Made by a program: the position numbers and the translations under genes
Origin: a virus
Taxonomy: Duplodnaviria; Caudoviricetes
DNA: 29,262 nucleotides
Virus record (IMG/VR): IMGVR_UViG_3300035676_000033
Coordinates: 1 to 29,262 of that record
Strand: one strand, 5' to 3'
Notes under the pieces: model-generated
Told to the model about the DNA's origin: nothing
Databases searched by the model: none
The model's input: only the letters and a program-made list of their open reading frames with translations
In this document: piece by piece, positions 5,910-15,114 of the stretch
Numbering within the stretch: position 1 is the stretch's first letter
How the letters are laid out: every line of letters starts with the position of its first letter

Positions 5910-8131
5910 TGGCCGATCCAACAGGCATCAACACGGCAGGTAAAGTCGCAAACGTAGGGTCTAACCCTGCGAAATCGTCGTCACGCGACGACGACAAGAT
6001 GGCGACCATGCGCAGCCGCCTGACAATGGCGCAGGCTGCGTACTCAGACAGCCGCGAAGATGAACTGGACGATCTGCGCTTCATGGCAGGCAGCCCTGAC
6101 AACCAGTGGCAGTGGCCAGCCGACGTGCTGGCGACCCGCGGTGCGGTGCAAGGCCAAACGATCAACGCGCGGCCCTGCCTGACCATCAACAAGCTGCCCC
6201 AACACGTGCGTCAGGTGACGAACGAGCAGCGTCAGAACCGCCCGAGCGGCAAGGTCATCCCCGCGGACGATAATGCTGACGTGCAGGTCGCAGAGGTGTT
6301 CAACGGCGTCGTGCGGCACATCGAGTACATGTCGGACGCCGACGTGGCTTACGACACAGCGTGCGACAATCAGGTCACGTACGGCGAAGGCTACATCCGC
6401 CTGCTGACCGAGTATTGCAACGAAGAGAGTTTCGATCAGGACATCCGCATTGGGCGCATTCGGAACGCGTTTAGCGTCTACATGGACCCGACGATCCAAG
6501 ACCCGTGCGGTGCTGACGCTGAATGGTGCTTCATCACTGAAGACATCCTCAGAGACGAATATGAGCGCATGTTCCCAGACGCGTCGCCCATCTCGACGCT
6601 GTACAGCCAAGGCGTCGGCGATCAGGGCTTGTCGTCATGGATACAAGAAGACACGATCCGCATCGCGGAATACTTCTACTATGTCTATGAGCGCGCGACG
6701 CTGCACCTGTACCCTGACAACCAGACCGCGTTCGCTAACACGCCGCAAGACAAGCAGCTTATGGCCATGTTTGGCCGTCCCATCCGCAGCCGTGAGGTAG
6801 ACCGCAAAAAGGTCATGTGGATGAAGACTAACGGCTTTGACGTGCTCGACGAGCGCGAATGGCCGGGCAAGTGGATACCTGTCGTCCGTGTGATCGGTAA
6901 CGAATGGGAAGTTGAAGGCCGTCTGTTCATCTCCGGCCTTGTGCGCAACGCTAAAGACGCACAGCGCATGTACAACTATTGGACAAGCCAAGAGGCCGAG
7001 ATGCTGGCCTTGGCCCCCAAGGCGCCGTTTATCGGCTATGGTGGGCAGTTCGAAGGCTATGAAATGCAGTGGAAGACTGCAAATACGACCAACTGGCCGT
7101 ATTTGGAAGTCAATCCCGACGTAACGGATGGCGCTGGCAGTGTCTTGCCCCTCCCGCAGCGCGCTCCGCCACCGTTGCCTCAGACGGGCCTCATACAGGC
7201 CAAAATGGGGGCTGCTGACGATATTAAGGGCACCACAGGGCAGTATGACGCATCTTTGGGTGCGCAAGGCAATGAGCGGTCTGCAAAGGCCATTGTAGCC
7301 CGTGAAAAACAGGGCGATGTTGGTACGTACCATTACGTTGACAATCTGGCCCGTGCGATCCGTCACATCACACGCCAGATCGTCGATCTGATCCCGAAGA
7401 TTTACGACACGCAGCGCATCGCCCGCATCATTGGCGTCGATGGCGAAGTTGAGATGGTCAAGTTTAACCCGATGCAGCCGGAACCCGTCAAGGAAGTCCG
7501 CGACATGCAGACGGGCGCGCTGATCGAAAAAATCTACAACCCCGGCGTCGGTACGTACGATGTGATGGTCACAACGGGTCCGGGCTACATGACCAAGCGT
7601 CAGGAAGCCCTCGACGCCATGAGCCAGATTTTGCAGTCCAACCCGCAGCTTTGGACGGTTGCAGGCGATCTGTTCATTAAGAACATGGATTGGCCCGGCG
7701 CGCAGGAAATGGCCGCACGGTTCAAGAAAATCCTTGACCCCAAGGTGCTGTCAGAAGGCGATCAGTCGCCTGAACTGATGCAGGCGCAGCAACAGATCGA
7801 AGCGATGACGCAGGAACTGAACCGCGTCACGCAGATCATGGAGAACATCCAAGACAGCGCCGAGCAGCAGAAGCTGTCGATTGATGAGTTTGAAGCGCAG
7901 GTTAAGGCGTACGACGCTGAAACCAAGCGCATCACGGCCATGCAGAACAGCATGACGCCGGAGCAAATTCAGGACATCGTGATGGGGACCATTGCAGCCG
8001 CGCTCGACACAGGCGATCTGATTGGTGAGGCACCTGAGATGCGCGAGATGCCTGAAATGGAAGCTCCAGAAGCACCTGAACAACCTGAAATGGCCCCTGA
8101 AGCCCCCGAAGCACCCGAAGGAATGATGTAA
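5909..8131 (+). CDS. Portal protein, P22-like
   Basis: 740 aa; QW...RPCLTINKL, GEGYIR, GLVRNAKDAQRMYNY, YDVMVTTGPGYMTKRQEA, C-terminal coiled-coil barrel. Confidence 0.93.
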   Translation: MADPTGINTAGKVANVGSNPAKSSSRDDDKMATMRSRLTMAQAAYSDSREDELDDLRFMAGSPDNQWQWPADVLATRGAVQGQTINARPCLTINKLPQHVRQVTNEQRQNRPSGKVIPADDNADVQVAEVFNGVVRHIEYMSDADVAYDTACDNQVTYGEGYIRLLTEYCNEESFDQDIRIGRIRNAFSVYMDPTIQDPCGADAEWCFITEDILRDEYERMFPDASPISTLYSQGVGDQGLSSWIQEDTIRIAEYFYYVYERATLHLYPDNQTAFANTPQDKQLMAMFGRPIRSREVDRKKVMWMKTNGFDVLDEREWPGKWIPVVRVIGNEWEVEGRLFISGLVRNAKDAQRMYNYWTSQEAEMLALAPKAPFIGYGGQFEGYEMQWKTANTTNWPYLEVNPDVTDGAGSVLPLPQRAPPPLPQTGLIQAKMGAADDIKGTTGQYDASLGAQGNERSAKAIVAREKQGDVGTYHYVDNLARAIRHITRQIVDLIPKIYDTQRIARIIGVDGEVEMVKFNPMQPEPVKEVRDMQTGALIEKIYNPGVGTYDVMVTTGPGYMTKRQEALDAMSQILQSNPQLWTVAGDLFIKNMDWPGAQEMAARFKKILDPKVLSEGDQSPELMQAQQQIEAMTQELNRVTQIMENIQDSAEQQKLSIDEFEAQVKAYDAETKRITAMQNSMTPEQIQDIVMGTIAAALDTGDLIGEAPEMREMPEMEAPEAPEQPEMAPEAPEAPEGMM
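8027..8119 (+). repeat. Acidic (E)APE/MPE low-complexity repeat at portal C-terminus
   Basis: EAPEMREMPEMEAPEAPEQPEMAPEAPEAPE. Confidence 0.8.
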
Positions 8132-8493
8132 TGAAAGCCGCTGAATTTGTAGGGATGTTTTTTCTGGCGCGCGATGTTACGCATTCGGTGCATCTGAACA
8201 CGCGCAGCTATGCCAAGCACGTCGCGCTCAACGAATTTTACGACGCCATCGTCGATTTGGCGGATAAATTTGCAGAGGCATATCAAGGCAAATACGGCCT
8301 CATCGGCCCGATTGCGCTCATGTCAGCCAAAAAAACTAGCAATATCGTCGAATTTCTGCAAGATCAGGCTGACGAAATTGAAAAAGTGCGCTATGATGTT
8401 GTCGATAAGGAGTGCACGCCACTTCAGAATATCATCGACGAGATCATGGGTCAGTATTATTCGACGCTGTACAAACTGAAATTCTTGGCGTGA
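8131..8493 (+). CDS. Ferritin/Dps-like four-helix protein (resembles DUF5856)
   Basis: HLNTRSYAKHVALNEFYD...DKFAEAYQG parallels the Dps H...H...D...E pattern; LQNIIDEI...TLYKL; TAATG-coupled to portal. Confidence 0.75.
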   Translation: MKAAEFVGMFFLARDVTHSVHLNTRSYAKHVALNEFYDAIVDLADKFAEAYQGKYGLIGPIALMSAKKTSNIVEFLQDQADEIEKVRYDVVDKECTPLQNIIDEIMGQYYSTLYKLKFLA

Positions 8494-8500
8494 GGCTATT

Positions 8501-8806
8501 ATGGAACTTTTGAACCCACTGAGTAAAACCGACTATCCGTCCTATTCGGTCGCCTATACGGGCACCGCAGGCAATACGACTGCATGGCTGCCCGGCCCGC
8601 AGGGCGTTGTGATCTGGTCGGATCAGGCTTGCTACGTCGAAGTCGGCGTTGGTGCTGTGGCGACAACCGCCAGCACACCGATCCCGCCGTTCACGCCTAT
8701 TCCGTTTGCAGTTCCGCTGAACACAACCGGCGCTCCGTGGCGTGTTAGCGCCATTCAAGTTTCGACCGGTGGCACCGTGTACTGCAAACCGATCAATAAG
8801 AGTTAA
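8501..8806 (+). CDS. Hypothetical beta-rich protein, probably virion-associated
   Basis: SD GAGG; Gly/Thr/Val-rich; in late operon. Confidence 0.75.
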   Translation: MELLNPLSKTDYPSYSVAYTGTAGNTTAWLPGPQGVVIWSDQACYVEVGVGAVATTASTPIPPFTPIPFAVPLNTTGAPWRVSAIQVSTGGTVYCKPINKS

Positions 8807-8809
8807 GTT

Positions 8810-8971
8810 ATGGGTTTTGCAGGTGCCCTTGCTAACGGTATCGCGCTCGGATTAGGAAGCATTATCAGCTTCTTGTCTGGATACGCAGACGCAACCGTGC
8901 AAAGTAATCTGCTGACTGAAAACGGTGACAACCTCGTCCAAGAGGACGGCGGTTTGTTGCTTTTGGAGTAG
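8810..8971 (+). CDS. Small protein with LLTENGD-LVQEDG motif (53 aa)
   Basis: Not in ORF track; MGFAGALANGIALGLGSIISFLSGYADATVQSNLLTENGDNLVQEDGGLLLLE; fills the gap exactly. Confidence 0.8.
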   Translation: MGFAGALANGIALGLGSIISFLSGYADATVQSNLLTENGDNLVQEDGGLLLLE

Positions 8972-8975
8972 ATAA

Positions 8976-9389
8976 ATGGCTGACTTGAAAATCTCTCAAC
9001 TTACAGCGGTTACTACTCCGCTGGCGCTCACAGAAGAACTGCCTGCGGTGCAAAGTTCTACGACCAAAAAGGTCACTGTGCAGCAAATGCTGACCGGCGT
9101 AATCGTGACGGAAAGCACCACTTCGCGCACACTGTCTGCAACGGATAACGGTAAAGTAATCTACTGCACAAACGGGTCGGCCACAACGATCACATGTGCT
9201 GCCGGTCTTGGCGCGGGCTTTAACGTCACCATCATTCAGGGCGGCGCGGGCAAAGTCACTGTCGCGGCTGGCGGTCAAACATTGGTATCATACTCATCGC
9301 TGTTCAGCACGATGGGGCAGTATGCAGTCATTTCTCTCATTTGCCCGGTCGCCAACACGTTTGTAGCGGCGGGTAATCTCGGAGTTTAA
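8976..9389 (+). CDS. Putative fibre-associated structural protein
   Basis: MADLKISQL N-terminus typical of phage fibre proteins; SD GGAG; beta-sandwich-like C-terminus. Confidence 0.7.
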   Translation: MADLKISQLTAVTTPLALTEELPAVQSSTTKKVTVQQMLTGVIVTESTTSRTLSATDNGKVIYCTNGSATTITCAAGLGAGFNVTIIQGGAGKVTVAAGGQTLVSYSSLFSTMGQYAVISLICPVANTFVAAGNLGV

Positions 9390-9392
9390 TAC

Positions 9393-11195
9393 ATGTCGGT
9401 TAATCCATCCCCTATCGGCGGTTACGCAGGTCAGTTCTTCGACAACAACGGCGTAATCTTGTCGGGGGGTAAGATTTACACCTATGCGGCTGGTACGACC
9501 ACACCGCAGGCGACGTACACGTCCGCTGCGGGCGTTACGCCGCACGCCAACCCAATCATATTGGACAGCGCCGGACGTGTACCGGGCGGCGAGATTTGGT
9601 TGACCGACGGCCTTGTTTACAAGTTTGTCATCGAGACCTCGACGGCCATCCTGATTGGCACGTACGACAACATCACGGGCGTCAACTCCAACTTCGTCAA
9701 CTACACGATCCAAGAAGAAGTCATCACGGCCACCGCTGGTCAGACCGTGTTTAACTTGTCTACAATCAACTATACGCCGGGCACCAACTCGCTGTCAGTC
9801 TACATCGACGGCGTAAACCAGTACGTTGGCGACAGCTATTTGGAAACGGATAGCAACACCGTGACGTTTACGTCCGGCGTACACGTCGGCGGCGAAGTAA
9901 AGTTTACTACGGCGGTCCAAACCACCACAGGCGCGGTAAACGCCAGCATCGTAGTTTATGATCCTCCTTTTACAGGCGGCGTTTCTACCGATGTCGAAAA
10001 TAAGCTCTCTCAGTTTGTTTCGATTAACGACTTCGGCGGTGTTGGCGACGGAACAACCGACGACACTGCTGCTGTTCAGGCCGCCGACGCTTGGGGCGCG
10101 CATACATACAGCCCTGAAGGCACTTACGACACAACGCTTGCATCGACCGCTATCACTGGCCCTTATTGGGGTTCAGGTCAAATCCGCGACACCAGCAACA
10201 ACAAGCGCGGTCCTTGGTTCTCTGCAGTTACAGCAGCGCCTTCACCCCAAGGCAACGACGCTAGTATTGAGACCGCTTTTAACGGTGACTTAGCGCATAC
10301 CCAAATTGCTATGGAGCACCGGATAACGGGCACTGCTACCCTTGGCCAACCAACCACAGGGTATAAATACACGCCAGAAGCATATCCTTATTATGGGTAT
10401 CTCTATAATTCTTCCGGGTGGAACCAAGGCACGGCGACCAATGTTGGTCGAACCGCAGCGGCATTTTTCCGTGTTAAAGTGGATAATTACGGACAAGGCG
10501 ATGCCGTCTGCTACAACGGCACCGCGTTTGTATCAGGAACACGCGCTGGCTCTACAAATTGGTTAGCCAATCCCGCCGCAAGCCTGTTTAATGGAGATAT
10601 GACTGGCGGCGCAGATGGGGTCTATCTAAATCCGAGAGAATTGTCGTTGCAGGACAACGGATATGACGTTGCCTGCATAGGCGATGTTATAAATCTTATC
10701 CGCACAAACGACACCGGCGCAAAGTCTACCGTTTGGACTGGCTACCGCGTACAAAGCACGGGCGGGACGCCTGTTAACAACATCATGGCGGCAACTGGGT
10801 CGTTTAACACCGGCATTGATTTTTCAATGTCTGGTCTTGATTTCGGAACAAATAAAGCGGCCATTTCGCTTAAACGGAATGATCGCATTTATTTTAATAA
10901 CGCAGCAACTGCATCTGGCAATTTAGACGCCGATTGGGCCACGACCGTTTTTAACGGCGACTATTTAACTTATAGTGACACAATCAGCGGTTTGATTTTT
11001 GTTTTGGGCGGGAGCGCACGGCTTCAAATTACCACTGCTCAAGTCACTGTCGATCAGGCTCGTCTTACCGCAACCAATCGAGTTCAGTTCACCGCGTTAG
11101 GTAACTATGCCAACGATGCTGCTGCTGCGGCTGGCGGCGTTAATGTCAACGAACTTTATCGCAACGGCTCTGTCGTGCAAATCCGCGTAGTATAA
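9393..11195 (+). CDS. Tailspike/tail fibre 1 with virion-anchor domain
   Basis: QFFDNNG..LSGGKIYTYAAGTTTP...NPIILDSAGR anchor; VSINDFGGVGDGTTDDTAAVQAA beta-helix cap. Confidence 0.85.
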   Translation: MSVNPSPIGGYAGQFFDNNGVILSGGKIYTYAAGTTTPQATYTSAAGVTPHANPIILDSAGRVPGGEIWLTDGLVYKFVIETSTAILIGTYDNITGVNSNFVNYTIQEEVITATAGQTVFNLSTINYTPGTNSLSVYIDGVNQYVGDSYLETDSNTVTFTSGVHVGGEVKFTTAVQTTTGAVNASIVVYDPPFTGGVSTDVENKLSQFVSINDFGGVGDGTTDDTAAVQAADAWGAHTYSPEGTYDTTLASTAITGPYWGSGQIRDTSNNKRGPWFSAVTAAPSPQGNDASIETAFNGDLAHTQIAMEHRITGTATLGQPTTGYKYTPEAYPYYGYLYNSSGWNQGTATNVGRTAAAFFRVKVDNYGQGDAVCYNGTAFVSGTRAGSTNWLANPAASLFNGDMTGGADGVYLNPRELSLQDNGYDVACIGDVINLIRTNDTGAKSTVWTGYRVQSTGGTPVNNIMAATGSFNTGIDFSMSGLDFGTNKAAISLKRNDRIYFNNAATASGNLDADWATTVFNGDYLTYSDTISGLIFVLGGSARLQITTAQVTVDQARLTATNRVQFTALGNYANDAAAAAGGVNVNELYRNGSVVQIRVV

Positions 11196-11204
11196 AGGTG
11201 ATCT

Positions 11205-11417
11205 ATGGATAATCTTAACACCGCATCTGACCGCATGGTTGAAGCCCAATCCAACGGAAATGTGCATTCGCTTCGCAATCCATCCTGCGTATTGCCGGAT
11301 GCTATTGTCCAGCAATTTTTGCTTGATGTTATTGAGCAAACTTCTTTTCCGGGTAAACTTACCGAACATGTTTCGGCTGTAAAGCATATGCTTCGCACGG
11401 CTCAGATCGCAGGTTAA
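11205..11417 (+). CDS. Small hypothetical protein, possibly fibre accessory
   Basis: SD AAGGTG; fills gap between fibre genes. Confidence 0.6.
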   Translation: MDNLNTASDRMVEAQSNGNVHSLRNPSCVLPDAIVQQFLLDVIEQTSFPGKLTEHVSAVKHMLRTAQIAG

Positions 11418-11421
11418 ACTA

Positions 11422-12696
11422 ATGATTACGCCAGCCTACTCCCCGACAGCAACTGAACGAGTTCTTCCAAGGCTGGCGCTTGATTTTACCACCGCGTCTT
11501 TGGACAGCCGAGTGACTGTTACGCGAGCAGCAAATACGGCTACGCGCATAAACTCTAGCGGAGCCGTTGAAGTCGTAAACGCTAATCTTCCGCGATTTGA
11601 TTTTGATCCATCAACACTCGTGTGCAAGGGGTTGCTAATTGAAGAAGCCCGCACAAACAGCCTTACCAACAACACAATGGTAGGTACTGTAGCTGGCTCC
11701 CCCGGAACCGCGCCTACTGGTTGGTTTCCCACTTCTACCGGCGGCGTATTTACGCGCACTATTGTTGGCGTCGGCGTTGAAAACGGAATTGCGTACATTG
11801 ATATTCGCTATCAAGCATCGGGTTCAGGAAACGCCAGCGTGCAACCTATAGGCGGTACTACAGTTGCCGCGTCTAATGGGCAGACTTGGACGTATTCTTC
11901 GTATGTAAAATTGGTAGGTGGAACCCTAACCAATGTCACCGTCAATGATACCTTAGGTGAAAATAGCGCCGCGGGCGCATTTTTGGCGGCTGGCGATAGC
12001 GCCAACTATGTACCTACGACGGCGTCTCTTATTTCACAGCGTCGAGCATACACACGCACAAATACAAACGCATCTACTGCATATGTATACTCTCGCACCA
12101 GAATTGCTTTTTCTGGGGCTGGCGACGTTACGTTGCGGTTTGGGCTTCCTCAGCTTGAACTCGGCGCTTTTGCTACGTCAGTTGTACAAACATCAACAGC
12201 CGCCGTAACACGCAATGCCGACGTTGTGACGATGACAGGCACAAACTTTAGCAGTTGGTTTAACGCTAGTGAAGGCGCGTTTAACCTTTGGGCAAATGTT
12301 TATGAAGACGCGTCTCGCACAATGCTAGAGTTAAGCAAAACGGGGTCAGGTTATGCCGAGCTTTTTGTTATGGCGCGTGAAGCCAGTTTAGATCGTTGGC
12401 AAACAGAAGCAGTGGCAGGCGGCGCAACTCAGTCTGTCTTAAATCCGTCTCCAAATACGTTTACCATTAACGCCAATCATAAATGCTCATTTGCGTACAA
12501 AAGTGCTAGTTATGCAGCAGCCGCCGACGGCACTACAGTGGCAACTTCAACTGGGTCCGTTCCAATCGGATTAGATCGCCTTTCCATAGGGCATGATCTT
12601 GTAGGTGGCGGAAACTTTATGAACGGCTATGTACAAAAGTTGCTTTATTGGCCGCAGCGTTTGATTAACGCTGAAGTGCAAGCATTTTCAAAGTAG
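11422..12696 (+). CDS. Head-spike/fibre protein with LamG/ConA-like C-terminal domain
   Basis: LDF....DSRVTVTRANTAT, PRFDFDP...KGLLIEEARTN, QLELGAFATS...TRNADV, NGYVQKLLYWPQRL. Confidence 0.8.
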   Translation: MITPAYSPTATERVLPRLALDFTTASLDSRVTVTRAANTATRINSSGAVEVVNANLPRFDFDPSTLVCKGLLIEEARTNSLTNNTMVGTVAGSPGTAPTGWFPTSTGGVFTRTIVGVGVENGIAYIDIRYQASGSGNASVQPIGGTTVAASNGQTWTYSSYVKLVGGTLTNVTVNDTLGENSAAGAFLAAGDSANYVPTTASLISQRRAYTRTNTNASTAYVYSRTRIAFSGAGDVTLRFGLPQLELGAFATSVVQTSTAAVTRNADVVTMTGTNFSSWFNASEGAFNLWANVYEDASRTMLELSKTGSGYAELFVMAREASLDRWQTEAVAGGATQSVLNPSPNTFTINANHKCSFAYKSASYAAAADGTTVATSTGSVPIGLDRLSIGHDLVGGGNFMNGYVQKLLYWPQRLINAEVQAFSK

Positions 12697-12706
12697 GAAT
12701 TAAACC

Positions 12707-14056
12707 ATGAGCCTTACCAAAGCAACATATTCAATGATCGACGGATCACCACTGAACGTGCTTGACTATGGAGCAACTGGCGATGGTACGACCAACGACA
12801 GCACCGCTATTGTAGCTGCAATGACGGCTGCTTCGGCGGCCAAAAAAAGCGTATTTTTCCCCGCAGGAACATATCGCCTTCTTACTGCGATTGAACTTCT
12901 GTCCGACATATCGTTTGTTGGCGAACCGGGGAGCCAAATCTTTTTTGATCCGGCTATGACTGTTGGAACCGTAATTGGCGGGACGGCGCGGGCAATGTAC
13001 GCCCAGAATAAAAGCAATATCACGTTTGAAAATTTGCGTTTTTACAGTTCGGCCACAAGCGTGACGAAGCCGATCACCATCTGCTTTGAAAATCAAACAA
13101 CTCTTAACATTTACAACTGTCAATTTGATACGTTTGGCGACGCGACATATTACGCACAAGGAATTATCCTATACGGAAGTTCAAAAGTTCGCATTGAAAA
13201 TAGCCGCTTTTTAGATTGTTCCGGTGATGGCGCCGCCTTTTCAAATAGCTGCAACAACCTTGTCGTAACTAACAGCGAGTTTAGCGACAATAGCGATTGG
13301 GGTCTTGCGCTTTCCATCGGGTGTTATGACGCTATCATCGAAGGCTGTCTGTTTAAGAACAACGTATCAACCGCAACTGGCGCTGATCGCTGCCGTAAGA
13401 TTGCCTTTATAGGTAACACAATGGACACCAACGAACATGGCGTCCGCGTTGCTGAGTTTGCTAATACGGCTGAATATAACCAGCAGATTACCGTTGTTGG
13501 TAATAACATCACTAACGTCGGTGTTGCAGGCATATCTATTGAAAATCTATACAGCCCGTTTGGGCTAGTTAGTGTAAGCGGCAACACGATCACCGGGTCG
13601 TCTAACCAAGGTATCCGCGTCATCAACGCCGCGAACGTGTCGGTTATTGGAAATACTATTCATTCTTGCGCTGCCGACGCCATTCTTTTTGACGCGCTGG
13701 ACGCTGGGTTTACGACAGGACTTTCTACTGTAATTGGAAACGCCATTGATACTTGCACATATGGTGTACATCAGATCGAAACTGCGGGAACAACTGCACC
13801 CATAACCGTTGTAGGCAACCGCATTTCAAACGCCAGCACAGCAGAGACCGCCGGCATATCATCAGCCGCTTTTGAACTGATTGATGGTAGCAAAAGCACT
13901 AGCTACATTAATTTTTCTAGGGCAATTAGTTTTCCGTCAGCTATTATATCGTCTAGCGCAACGGCGGGGGCAAATGCTGTTCCTGCAAACGCATACACGT
14001 TTTTGCCCGTCTACATTGACGGGGTTCAAAAAAAGATAGCTGTTTATAACGTATAA
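12707..14056 (+). CDS. Tailspike 2 / polysaccharide depolymerase (right-handed beta helix)
   Basis: NVLDYGATGDGTTNDSTAI, VFFPAGTY, repeated (V/I)xGN(T/N)I rungs; very short N-terminus MSLTKATYSMI. Confidence 0.88.
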   Translation: MSLTKATYSMIDGSPLNVLDYGATGDGTTNDSTAIVAAMTAASAAKKSVFFPAGTYRLLTAIELLSDISFVGEPGSQIFFDPAMTVGTVIGGTARAMYAQNKSNITFENLRFYSSATSVTKPITICFENQTTLNIYNCQFDTFGDATYYAQGIILYGSSKVRIENSRFLDCSGDGAAFSNSCNNLVVTNSEFSDNSDWGLALSIGCYDAIIEGCLFKNNVSTATGADRCRKIAFIGNTMDTNEHGVRVAEFANTAEYNQQITVVGNNITNVGVAGISIENLYSPFGLVSVSGNTITGSSNQGIRVINAANVSVIGNTIHSCAADAILFDALDAGFTTGLSTVIGNAIDTCTYGVHQIETAGTTAPITVVGNRISNASTAETAGISSAAFELIDGSKSTSYINFSRAISFPSAIISSSATAGANAVPANAYTFLPVYIDGVQKKIAVYNV

Positions 14057-14068
14057 GGAGACGTAAAA

Positions 14069-14215
14069 ATGAAAGTTGGCCAGATCGTTACGCTTATCGA
14101 CGAGATCGACTGCATTGTTCCAGCCGGAACGTACGTTGTTTCTAAAGTCAATTCGGATGGCTCTTTTCATGTTGGCGGCAACACCGCCGTATGGCCACAT
14201 AGAATTGAAAAATAA
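14069..14215 (+). CDS. Small hypothetical protein (48 aa)
   Basis: Not in ORF track; SD AAGGAG; MKVGQIVTLIDEIDCIVPAGTYVVSKVNSDGSFHVGGNTAVWPHRIEK. Confidence 0.75.
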   Translation: MKVGQIVTLIDEIDCIVPAGTYVVSKVNSDGSFHVGGNTAVWPHRIEK

Positions 14216-14221
14216 CTAAGA

Positions 14222-14298
14222 TTGCCAGCCTGCAACAAATGTTGTAGGTTGGCCGTTAACCGTACTGATGCGGAACATCAGGTGACTTGAAAGGGTCA
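14222..14298 (+). promoter_or_regulatory. Candidate scaffold/coat promoter with overlapping inverted repeat and two leader hairpins
   Basis: TTGCCA-N17-TAGGTT overlapping IR 14224-14253; hairpins CTGATG-cggaa-CATCAG (14265-14281) and TGACTT-GAAA-GGGTCA (14283-14298). Confidence 0.6.
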
Positions 14299-14304
14299 AA
14301 CCAC

Positions 14305-15099
14305 ATGGACGAAAACGTCCCTATTGCAGCGGAAGTGCCCGCGCCAGAACTGGAAGCCACGGCAGCAATCCAGCCTGAAGAAAACACGACGCCGGAAGAG
14401 CAGCCTGTCGAACAGGAAGCACCGAAGTCCTTCACACAAGAAGAACTTGATGCGATTGTTGGCAAGCGTCTCGCAAGAGAACAGCGCAAATGGGAGCGCG
14501 AGCAGGCCCAACGGCTCGAAGAGGCGAAGTCTCGTCAACAGGCACAGCCCGTTGCAGACATCACTCCAGAGCAGTTTGATACTTACGAAGATTACGCCGA
14601 AGCCTTGGCAGAGCGTAAAGCGGAAGAGTTGCTATATCAGCGGGAAACCAAGATGCAGCAACAGGCATTGCTCGAGCAGTATCATGACCGTGAAGAGACA
14701 GCGCGGGATAAATACGATGACTTCGATCAAGTCGCGTACAACCCCAACCTTCCCGTCACGGAATACATGGCCCAAAGCATCCAAGCCTCGGATATTGGCC
14801 CAGATGTCTTGTACTATCTAGGCTCAAACCCGAAGGAAGCAGATCGCATTGCCCGGATGTCGCCGATCTTGCAAGCTAAGGAAATCGGGAAGATCGAAGC
14901 CTCTATGGCTGCAAATCCGCCGGTTAGAAAAACTTCAACCGCCCCGGCACCGATTGCTCCTGTCACGCCACGTGCCAATGGCACACCCGCGTACGACACC
15001 ACCGATCCTCGCTCGACTAAGTCGATGAGCACGTCGGAATGGATCGAAGCGGAACGGCTACGGCAGGTCAAGAAGTACGAGGCACAACGTAACCGCTAA
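14305..15099 (+). CDS. Capsid scaffolding protein
   Basis: Acidic N-terminus, FTQEELDAIVGKRLARE, coiled coil, GPDVLYYLG, directly upstream of coat; start ATG 14305. Confidence 0.85.
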   Translation: MDENVPIAAEVPAPELEATAAIQPEENTTPEEQPVEQEAPKSFTQEELDAIVGKRLAREQRKWEREQAQRLEEAKSRQQAQPVADITPEQFDTYEDYAEALAERKAEELLYQRETKMQQQALLEQYHDREETARDKYDDFDQVAYNPNLPVTEYMAQSIQASDIGPDVLYYLGSNPKEADRIARMSPILQAKEIGKIEASMAANPPVRKTSTAPAPIAPVTPRANGTPAYDTTDPRSTKSMSTSEWIEAERLRQVKKYEAQRNR

Positions 15100-15114
15100 T
15101 TTAGGGCTTTAACC

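Noticed and set aside
14265-14298. Second hammerhead (CTGATG...GAAA)
   Set aside because: Reads CTGATGC rather than CTGANGA, is itself base-paired in a hairpin, and lacks stems I/III
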